Both the position numbers and the translations under genes were made by a program. 32,000 nt of DNA from an uncultured Alphaproteobacteria bacterium (lineage in GTDB: Bacteria; Pseudomonadota; Alphaproteobacteria; Rs-D84). The stretch lies in the NCBI GenBank assembly GCA_963931495.1, contig OZ007020.1, positions 30,001 through 62,000 on the forward strand. The letters run 5' to 3'. Of the stretch, positions 14,385 to 21,975 are shown piece by piece (position 1 is the first letter of the stretch; each line of letters opens with the position of its first letter). The notes under the pieces were generated by a model, which did not search any database, was not told the origin of the DNA, and saw only the letters and a program-made list of their open reading frames with translations.

Positions 14385-15960
14385 ATTTCCGTACATGCCG
14401 GGCCGCCGCCGCGATGAACGCGTTAAACATTGGATGGCCGATGTATGGACTGGATTGAAATTCTGGATGAAATTGCCCCGCAATAAAGAATGGATGATTT
14501 TTTAATTCAACCATCTCTGGCAGACGGCCATCCGGACTGCGTCCAGATATTATCATGCCTGCTGCGGCGAATTTATCCGCGTACGATATATCCATTTCAT
14601 AACGATGACGATGGCGTTCTGATATTTCTGTTTTGCCGTATATTTCATTGGCCAATGTGCCCGGTGTGATAACACATGGGTACGCCCCCAAACGCAATGT
14701 CCCCCCCAGATTTTCAGAATCATGATTCGGCATAATATTTATAACAGGGGTACAATTTTTTGAAAATTCTGTTGAATCTGCATCACTGATTCCTAAAACA
14801 TTTCGTGCAAATTCAATGACCGCCACCTGCATCCCCAGACATATTCCCATATACGGCACCATATTTTCACGCGCATATCCCGCCGCCGCAATTTTACCAG
14901 AAACACCACGTGTACCAAATCCACCTGGGACCAAAATACCATCAACATCAGCCGCATCATCAGGGGTAAATGTTTCGGCATTTATTTTCTTTAATTCAAC
15001 ATGTACATTGTTTTGAATACCCGCATGAAACAACGCTTCGTTCAAAGACTTGTACGCATCTGGGACATCAAAATACTTTCCAACAATCCCGATTGTAACG
15101 CGCGGCAAATCCGCATCCAGATAATGTTCTATGCGATTAAATTTGTCCATATTGCCGGCGGCATTTGGTAAATCAAAGTAATCCGCAATTATATCAAACA
15201 CATGCTGGTCATCATATGCCAGTGGGATTTTATATATATTATCAACGTCAATACCACTGATTACATTTTTTGCCGGCAAATTACAGAACATGCCGATTTT
15301 TGCGCGTTCGTCGGCGGTTAACATACGTGGCGTGCGCACAATCAGCATATCTGCCTGGATGCCGTTTTCCAATAATTCACGCACCGACATCTGGGTTGGT
15401 TTTGTCTTTAATTCGCCACTTTTTTCCAGATATGGTGCCAATGTTAAATGCACAAACATAACGTTTTTACGTCCAACGTCATTTGCAAACTGGCGCACAG
15501 ATTCCAAGAATATTTTGCCTTCTATATCACCAACAGTGCCACCAATTTCACACACAACAAAATCTGTATTTGTTGGTGCCGCAATGTATTCTTTGATTTT
15601 GTTACTGACATGCGGAATCATCTGAACCGTCGCCCCCAGATAATCACCACGACGTTCGGCATTCAGCACATCCCAATATATGCGCCCCCCTGATACGGAA
15701 TCATTTCTGGATAACTGTACACCCAAAAATCGTTCATAATATCCTAAATCCAAATCTGTTTCAAAGCCGTCATTCGTAACATATACTTCACCATGCTGGA
15801 ACGGCGACATGGTGCCAGGATCAATATTCAGGTATGGATCAAACTTTCGCGCATGAACAGAATACCCGCGCGATTGAAGAAGGGCGCCACAACTTGCCGC
15901 CGCGACGCCCTTGCCCAAACTGGAAACAACACCACCGGTTATAAAAATATATTTTGCCAT
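14383..15960 (-). CDS. pyrG: CTP synthase
   Basis: The start was set at the ATG at 15960 (MAKYIFITGGVVSSLGKG), with AAGGGGG upstream. The glutamine amidotransferase domain carries GICLGMQ and the HRHRYE motif. Confidence 0.97.
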   Translation of the reverse strand: MAKYIFITGGVVSSLGKGVAAASCGALLQSRGYSVHARKFDPYLNIDPGTMSPFQHGEVYVTNDGFETDLDLGYYERFLGVQLSRNDSVSGGRIYWDVLNAERRGDYLGATVQMIPHVSNKIKEYIAAPTNTDFVVCEIGGTVGDIEGKIFLESVRQFANDVGRKNVMFVHLTLAPYLEKSGELKTKPTQMSVRELLENGIQADMLIVRTPRMLTADERAKIGMFCNLPAKNVISGIDVDNIYKIPLAYDDQHVFDIIADYFDLPNAAGNMDKFNRIEHYLDADLPRVTIGIVGKYFDVPDAYKSLNEALFHAGIQNNVHVELKKINAETFTPDDAADVDGILVPGGFGTRGVSGKIAAAGYARENMVPYMGICLGMQVAVIEFARNVLGISDADSTEFSKNCTPVINIMPNHDSENLGGTLRLGAYPCVITPGTLANEIYGKTEISERHRHRYEMDISYADKFAAAGMIISGRSPDGRLPEMVELKNHPFFIAGQFHPEFQSSPYIGHPMFNAFIAAAARHVRK

Positions 15961-16039
15961 AAGAAATGCCCCCTTATGGACTGTCATGATACGAAATTTT
16001 TCATTGCGACGCAAACAAATAAATTCCTATACTTTTAGC

Positions 16040-17983
16040 ATGAAAGATTTTTTGGAAAATCAATCAGATAATTTGTTTCTGTGGGTACCGTTTCTGATGG
16101 CGTTTGGTGGTGGAATGTATTTTAACATTCCATGGAATCCAAATATAATCATAATTATACTGGGGATTGTTACAGCAATCATTTTACTGTTTTGTTTGCA
16201 TAAGCGTGGGGTTCGTGCATTTGCACTGTTCTTGTTCGGCTTTTGTTATTCCGCAATATTTACCCAGATAATTAATACACCACAAATTCCGCGCGATTTA
16301 CACAATCTGGACGTATGTGGCACCGTGGAACATATTGATTATACAAATAATAAATCCAGAATTTATATTAAACTGGACGCATCTGATATTCATGCCGGCG
16401 ATGGCACGGCAATCGTGCGCGTATCAGCATCGTCAAGCATTCCACCGCCAAATGTTGGCGATAAAATTCGGGCGAAAATCGGCCTGTTCCGCCCAAATGG
16501 CCCAGACGGACCCGAAACATTTGACTATGCACGTTGGGCGTATTTTAATGGGTTAAGTGCAAATGGGTATATGAATGATTACGACGTTATCGCACACGCA
16601 TCTGGTCACGGAATTGCAACACTGCGAAACAGTTTACATAAATCAGCAAATTCCTTTCTGGCCGATACGTTGGTTCTGGGTTATAAAAACGCCGTTCCAA
16701 AATCAGATTCATCAACATGGACAGCAACTGGCGTTGGACACGTTTGGTCAATCAGTGGATTTCACATCACATTGGTGTCCGCATGGCTGTTTGCAATATT
16801 TTATTTACTATTTCGTGCAATTGCACCAATAACACGCCGAATACCGGCGCGCATTCCGGCATTAATTTGTGCGTGGATTGGGTTAATGTTTTATCTGTTC
16901 TTGTCAGGGTGCGATGTTGCAACAGTACGCGCGTTCTTGATGGCAACACTGGTATTTATGGCATTTATATTTGGACGGAACGCGATATCTGTGCGCAACG
17001 TATGTGTCGCGTTTTGCATAATATTTCTGATAAATCCACACTATGTTATGCAACCAGGTTTCCAATTATCATTTGCGGCGATATTCGGACTGGTTTGGTT
17101 ATGGAATGACGTGCGTCCCAAAATGCCGAACAACAAAATATTAAAAGTAATTTATACAGCAATACTGACATCCGTTGTCGCCACAATATTTACCACGCCA
17201 TTTGTTATCGCGCACTTTTACAGTATGCCAATTTATGGATTAATTGGAAATCTGGTTCTGTTACCCGTATTTTCCGTGGCGATTATGCCAATGGTGATGC
17301 TGGGCATTTTTACTGCACCGCTGTTTGGTTGGTCGTTGCCACTGGATGTGGCAGAAAAAATTTATCAATTCACACTTGGGATTGCAACAAAAATTTCGTC
17401 TATGCCGATGGCAACAATAACAATGCCGCATATTACAAACGTCGCGCTGGGGACAATAATAATCGGTTTTCTGTGTCTGATGTTTATTCGGCCAATACGA
17501 ATAAAAATTAACTGGATTTTATGCGCAGTATTTTTTGCAATCGGAATTACAATCATATGCACAACCCAGCCACCAGTATTCTATGTCACACATGATCATG
17601 AACTGGCGGCATTTGTTGGTCCAGATAATAAACTGGAATTCACCAAGTCACGCGCATCAAATCATTACTTTACATTTGATACATGGAAACACATAAACGG
17701 CGAAGATGCCGGAACGAAAAACATACGCCGTGCCCCAGTTGATGGTGTCTGGGTGTACAAAACGCAAAAATTTACATTAGCGTATATTCAGAAATTTGTA
17801 CCATTGATGCGCAATATAGAAAAATTATGCAATGATGATGATATTGATTATATTGTTTCGTTTTTTGATGTTCAATCAAAACAGTGTGACCACAAAATTC
17901 TGCGCGGCGGATTTGTAATTTATCCAAACGGAAAAATTAAATACCTGGTTAATTCGCGCCCGTGGCATAATCCGCCCGAATAA
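16040..17983 (+). CDS. comEC: ComEC/Rec2-family DNA internalisation competence protein
   Basis: The start was set at the ATG at 16040 (MKDFLENQ) because the tracked N-terminal extension overlaps pyrG. The protein is polytopic with the Competence-domain region (GVGHVWSISGFHITLV). No HxHxDH metallo-beta-lactamase motif is evident in the C-terminus. Confidence 0.88.
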   Translation: MKDFLENQSDNLFLWVPFLMAFGGGMYFNIPWNPNIIIIILGIVTAIILLFCLHKRGVRAFALFLFGFCYSAIFTQIINTPQIPRDLHNLDVCGTVEHIDYTNNKSRIYIKLDASDIHAGDGTAIVRVSASSSIPPPNVGDKIRAKIGLFRPNGPDGPETFDYARWAYFNGLSANGYMNDYDVIAHASGHGIATLRNSLHKSANSFLADTLVLGYKNAVPKSDSSTWTATGVGHVWSISGFHITLVSAWLFAIFYLLFRAIAPITRRIPARIPALICAWIGLMFYLFLSGCDVATVRAFLMATLVFMAFIFGRNAISVRNVCVAFCIIFLINPHYVMQPGFQLSFAAIFGLVWLWNDVRPKMPNNKILKVIYTAILTSVVATIFTTPFVIAHFYSMPIYGLIGNLVLLPVFSVAIMPMVMLGIFTAPLFGWSLPLDVAEKIYQFTLGIATKISSMPMATITMPHITNVALGTIIIGFLCLMFIRPIRIKINWILCAVFFAIGITIICTTQPPVFYVTHDHELAAFVGPDNKLEFTKSRASNHYFTFDTWKHINGEDAGTKNIRRAPVDGVWVYKTQKFTLAYIQKFVPLMRNIEKLCNDDDIDYIVSFFDVQSKQCDHKILRGGFVIYPNGKIKYLVNSRPWHNPPE

Positions 17984-18695
17984 AGTACAACCCAGATGCC
18001 GGCGCCGTTGGTCCCGCGGCACTGCGATTTTTGGCGGCAAAAATCTGGTCAATATCATATGGCTTGCCCAGTCCAATTTCAACCAGTGTGCCAACCATAT
18101 TGCGTACCATATGATGTAAAAATGATCGCGCAGAAAATTCAAACACAATCACATCACCGCGCCGGGTTATCCGGCATTCATCCAGTGTTTTAATCGGACT
18201 GTGGGCCTGGCATTCTGATGCACGGAAACTGGTAAAATCATGATGGCCAATCAATTTTTTCGCCGCGCGACGCATTGCTGGGACATTCAATTTACGTGGC
18301 ACCCACCATACGCGATTTTTATCCAATACAGGTGGCGCACCGCGATTCAGTACAACATATTTATAGTGTCGCGCCACACATGAAAAACGCGCATTAAAAT
18401 CATCAGGCACAATTTCACATCCCAATACCGAAACAGGTGAACCAGTTAAATAAAAATTCATTGCGCGCATGACAGTATTTGCATCCACTGCATCATCTAA
18501 ATCAAAATGCGCAACCATTGCAATCGCATGCACACCTGCATCTGTACGACCAGCGGCAACAATGTCTGGACGCGCACCACAAAATTTTTCAATCGCATCC
18601 GATAACAACGACTGTACAGACGGGCCTTGGCGATTTTGTTGCCATCCAATTAAATCTGTGCCATCGTATTCAACAGTTATTTTATATCGTGTCAT
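17949..18695 (-). CDS. truA: tRNA pseudouridine(38-40) synthase TruA
   Basis: MTRYKITVEYDGTDLIGWQ and the catalytic GRTDAGVHA are present, with GLYFIRADY at the C-terminus. The length is 248 aa. Confidence 0.95.
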   Translation of the reverse strand: MTRYKITVEYDGTDLIGWQQNRQGPSVQSLLSDAIEKFCGARPDIVAAGRTDAGVHAIAMVAHFDLDDAVDANTVMRAMNFYLTGSPVSVLGCEIVPDDFNARFSCVARHYKYVVLNRGAPPVLDKNRVWWVPRKLNVPAMRRAAKKLIGHHDFTSFRASECQAHSPIKTLDECRITRRGDVIVFEFSARSFLHHMVRNMVGTLVEIGLGKPYDIDQIFAAKNRSAAGPTAPASGLYFIRADYATGAN

Positions 18696-18696
18696 T

Positions 18697-18978
18697 TTAT
18701 CTGGTATGTGCGCGATGTGCGCGAATTATTTCATGCGTTGGTTCATTTTGTTTTATATTGCGTGACATACGTGCACACAAACGGCATCGGTATGCCTTGG
18801 CCATTCTGTAATTATCTTTGATTTTTAATATTATTCGTTCTTGGCAGTCATTCATTATATTTAATGTTTTGACAGAATTACAGTTTTCTTGGTGGCAATG
18901 CGCACAAATACAATCTACATTAAATTCATTCAATATAACCGTACGATTTTTATACTTACAAAACAGTTCTTTATACAT
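18697..18978 (-). CDS. Hypothetical small Cys-rich basic protein, 93 aa (zinc-ribbon-like CxxC...CxxC)
   Basis: The ATG at 18978 has AAAGGA 10 nt upstream. The ORF fills the fmt-truA gap almost exactly, starting 18 nt after the fmt stop and with its own stop 1 nt before the truA ATG. CAHC lies at residues 25-28 and CRLC at 65-68, with 4 further Cys. The region is AT-rich, so a 93-codon open frame is unlikely by chance. Confidence 0.55.
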   Translation of the reverse strand: MYKELFCKYKNRTVILNEFNVDCICAHCHQENCNSVKTLNIMNDCQERIILKIKDNYRMAKAYRCRLCARMSRNIKQNEPTHEIIRAHRAHTR

Positions 18979-18996
18979 TATGTTAACATCCTTTAT

Positions 18997-19803
18997 TTAT
19001 TCACCGAAACGAATTTCTGCACCATGCAGACCGTTTACAAAACTCTGCCAATCCATGGGCTTCTTGCCCGCAGGTTGAATTTTGATTATATTTAATTTAT
19101 TATTGGCAACGCGCGCGTCCAGAATTTTTATATCAATTCCGTTTATCTTTGTACGCCCCGCACCCAGCGCACGAATTTGGTTGTGTATTTCGCGTGGTGT
19201 CCGGCGCCAATCAATTATTTCATCATCACCTGTGAATTTGCGCGTATATGTCGGGGTGCCGATTTGTGGTGTTGGCACATATGCAGATGGATTTGATAAA
19301 TATTCCATTAGTATTTCTGAACCAATTTCAGATACACGTTTTTCCACATCAGCGTTTGTATCATTTTCGCCAATATCAAATTCACGACACATATAAACAT
19401 CCCCAGAATCCAAATCGCGCGTCATTTGCATTAAACAAACCGCACTGTGCGTATCGCCATTATATATTGCGGTACGAATTGGTGACGGCCCGCGATATTG
19501 TGGCAATTGACTGGGGTGAATATTCACACACGGCGCAGATGATAAAACATTATCACGCAATATCACACCATATGACACAACAACAACCATGTCGGGCGTA
19601 AAGTTATAATCACGAATATTTGTGTACACCGGCAATCCGTGCGTTTCAGCCCATTTCTGGACCGGCGACGGTGTCAAAATGTGTTTGCGCCCCACAGGCC
19701 TTGGCGCACGCGTAAATACCGCGATAATGTCATGCCCAGCACAACGCACCGCATCAAATATCGGAACAACAAATTCGTTTGTTCCCATCAATACAATTTT
19801 CAT
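18997..19803 (-). CDS. fmt: Methionyl-tRNA formyltransferase (compact, 268 aa)
   Basis: MKIVLMGTNEFVVPIF, the HPSQLPQYRGPSPI motif and the C-terminal IQPAGKKPM are present. The gene overlaps def by 4 nt (ATGA). Confidence 0.93.
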   Translation of the reverse strand: MKIVLMGTNEFVVPIFDAVRCAGHDIIAVFTRAPRPVGRKHILTPSPVQKWAETHGLPVYTNIRDYNFTPDMVVVVSYGVILRDNVLSSAPCVNIHPSQLPQYRGPSPIRTAIYNGDTHSAVCLMQMTRDLDSGDVYMCREFDIGENDTNADVEKRVSEIGSEILMEYLSNPSAYVPTPQIGTPTYTRKFTGDDEIIDWRRTPREIHNQIRALGAGRTKINGIDIKILDARVANNKLNIIKIQPAGKKPMDWQSFVNGLHGAEIRFGE

Positions 19804-20300
19804 TTGCGTTTCCTTACTTTACGCATCAGCATTTCACGATGCACAGGCGACAAATAATCTATGAACAAAACGCCATCCAGATGGTCTGTTTCATGTTGAA
19901 CAATTCGCGCCGGCAACCCAGACATTTCAGCACGTAAAGTCTTGCCATTTTCATCCGTCCATTCAACGTCCACAGACGATGGACGGGTAACATTTGCATA
20001 TACCGGCAAATTATCATTCCCCAGAACGGACAAACATCCTTCTTCCATGGTGCAAACATCTTCGCTGCGCGATAATATTTTTGGATTTATCATTTTGAAC
20101 ACATGATTATCATCTGGATTCATCATTACCAAAAAACGCTTTAATTGCCCCACCTGGGGCGCGGCCAGCCCCACCCCCGACTGATCATGCATCATACCAA
20201 CCATTTCATCCATTATATCCAAAACATCTGGTGTAATTTCGGTAATCGGTGCACATTTTTCCCGCAAAATCAAATCACCACAAAGTTTCATTTGCAACAT
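19800..20300 (-). CDS. def: Peptide deformylase
   Basis: All three motifs are present: GVGLAAPQVG, EGCLS and QHETDHLDG. AAAGGA lies 7 nt upstream of the ATG at 20300. Confidence 0.95.
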   Translation of the reverse strand: MLQMKLCGDLILREKCAPITEITPDVLDIMDEMVGMMHDQSGVGLAAPQVGQLKRFLVMMNPDDNHVFKMINPKILSRSEDVCTMEEGCLSVLGNDNLPVYANVTRPSSVDVEWTDENGKTLRAEMSGLPARIVQHETDHLDGVLFIDYLSPVHREMLMRKVRKRK

Positions 20301-20319
20301 ATATAAATCCTTTTATAAT
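20292..20319 (+). promoter_or_regulatory. rmuC promoter candidate (TTGCAA-16-TATAAT)
   Basis: TTGCAA lies at 20292-20297, inside the first def codons on the other strand. TATAAT lies at 20314-20319. The SD AAAGGA is at 20330-20335. Confidence 0.35.
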
Positions 20320-20342
20320 TGATTCTATCAAAGGATTGGAAA

Positions 20343-21218
20343 ATGACAACTTATATTTTTGTATTGCTGGGGATAATAATTGTTTTATTAATCGTACTGT
20401 TGGCACGACGGCCCACGGTTGACATTTCGGGACTGCGCGAAGATAATGCACGTCTGCGTGAACGATTGGCGGAACGCTTGGGCGCACTTAGCCAAAATGC
20501 AATTGAATTAAAAAACATCAGTGCCGATATCGCAAATTTCAAAAATATATTGATGGGTAACAAACAGGCCCGCGGGACATTTGGTGAACGCAGACTGGAA
20601 GATTTGGTTTCTGATATAATGCCCCCAGAAACATATGCATTTCAATCCGTACTGGATACAGGCGTGCGCCCAGATTGTATAATTCGCCTGCCATATCCAC
20701 CGGGCGACATGATTATTGACAGCAAATTTCCACTGGAAAGTTATAACCGCATGACGTCCGACCCAAATGATGGCATGGCGCGCAAGCAATTTGAACTGGA
20801 CGTACGCAAGCATATTGATGCCATTGCCGAAAAATATATTATTCCGGGAAAAACAGCGGAATCTGCGATGATGTTTATCGCATCTGAATCAATATTTGAA
20901 TCACTGCATCGTGAATTTCCAGCAACTGTTGATTACGCCGCCCGTAAAAAGGTGTTTATCGTATCGCCATCAACACTGTGGGCGACACTGAACACAATTC
21001 GTGCAGTATTATCGGATATAAAAATTAAACATGTCGCAGATAAAATAAAACGCGAACTGGATATGCTGTTAACCGACCTGGGCCGATTATCAGAACGTGC
21101 GGCACGTGTTCAACAGCATTTTGCCCAGGCAAATACAGATATTGAACAAATTCAAACATCAATTGGCAAAATTTCCCCACGTGCAGAAAAACTGCGCAAC
21201 ATGGACTTTGATTCCTGA
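20343..21218 (+). CDS. rmuC: DNA recombination protein RmuC (short form)
   Basis: The start was set at the ATG at 20343 (MTTYIFVLLG, an N-terminal TM). The track start at 20319 is a TTG. RGTFGERRLEDLV and RPDCIIRLPYPPGDMIIDSKFPLESY form the RmuC nuclease-like core. Confidence 0.88.
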   Translation: MTTYIFVLLGIIIVLLIVLLARRPTVDISGLREDNARLRERLAERLGALSQNAIELKNISADIANFKNILMGNKQARGTFGERRLEDLVSDIMPPETYAFQSVLDTGVRPDCIIRLPYPPGDMIIDSKFPLESYNRMTSDPNDGMARKQFELDVRKHIDAIAEKYIIPGKTAESAMMFIASESIFESLHREFPATVDYAARKKVFIVSPSTLWATLNTIRAVLSDIKIKHVADKIKRELDMLLTDLGRLSERAARVQQHFAQANTDIEQIQTSIGKISPRAEKLRNMDFDS

Positions 21219-21232
21219 TAAACGTAACAGAA

Positions 21233-21961
21233 TTACATCTGTTCCCATGTGCAAATGACAGACGCATGTTCGGTGTCGTCTGTTTTTATTTTATGATGCG
21301 TCACCAATCCGTCAAACGCAACATCAACCGAAATTTGCGGTGTATCGGGACTGATTTCCTTTTTGAAATTTAATTCAATGCGCTTTAATTTATGCTGATT
21401 CCGGTATACATATCCAACGCTTTCAGTGGCCCACACGGCATATACAGCGTTATTTATATGCTGGTTCACATCAATATCATCAAAACGACATTTCATAGTA
21501 TGCGTTTTTGTTGGTGTAAAACCAGGAAATTTTTCAAATGGTACATCCCATGCACGTTCAGGAATAATTTCCCAATATGGTAAATTTTCATCCAATTTTA
21601 ATGGCCGACGACGTGTCATATCAATCAAAATCCACTGGGACGTTGCACGCACCAGTAAGCGGTTATCAGAACCACGAACCTCAAAATCACGTGTGGCGCG
21701 CAATACATCGTGCGCCGATGGCCATGTGATAAATGATAATTCTTCGCCTTCGCGTGGCAGTTCAATTATATCAACCAGATAATGCGTAACCACCCACGCC
21801 AAATTGTGTTCCAGCAAATATGTGCGTCCACATCCCAAACGTTCGGCCTGCGTGTCGGCAGCACCCTGTAATTCATTCATTAATATCAGTGGTCGCACAT
21901 ACCCATATCTGTCACACTGATATGCCTGTAACACACGTTTTTCAATCAACTTTTCTGTCAT
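21233..21961 (-). CDS. Acyl-ACP thioesterase family protein (tandem hotdog)
   Basis: The protein is 242 aa. The N-terminal hotdog reads LAWVVTHYLVDIIELPREGEELSFITWPS...ATSQWILIDMTRRRP. The C-terminal hotdog reads RFDDIDVNQHINNAVY. This architecture is typical of the Acyl-ACP_TE family. Confidence 0.8.
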   Translation of the reverse strand: MTEKLIEKRVLQAYQCDRYGYVRPLILMNELQGAADTQAERLGCGRTYLLEHNLAWVVTHYLVDIIELPREGEELSFITWPSAHDVLRATRDFEVRGSDNRLLVRATSQWILIDMTRRRPLKLDENLPYWEIIPERAWDVPFEKFPGFTPTKTHTMKCRFDDIDVNQHINNAVYAVWATESVGYVYRNQHKLKRIELNFKKEISPDTPQISVDVAFDGLVTHHKIKTDDTEHASVICTWEQM

Positions 21962-21975
21962 GATTTACACCAATT

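Noticed and set aside
15911-16039. N-terminal extension of the comEC ORF (track start 15911) overlapping the pyrG 5' end.
   Set aside because: The extension reads through the pyrG start and SD region on the other strand. The ATG at 16040 gives a typical ComEC N-terminus that goes directly into TM helices.
18997-19803. fmt as a truncated gene or pseudogene (268 aa versus ~310 aa typical), with the 93-aa ORF as its severed C-terminus.
   Set aside because: The conserved C-terminal domain motif (IQPAGKKPM...) is present in-frame at the end of the 268-aa product, so the protein is a compact but complete Fmt. The 93-aa ORF bears no resemblance to an Fmt C-terminal domain.
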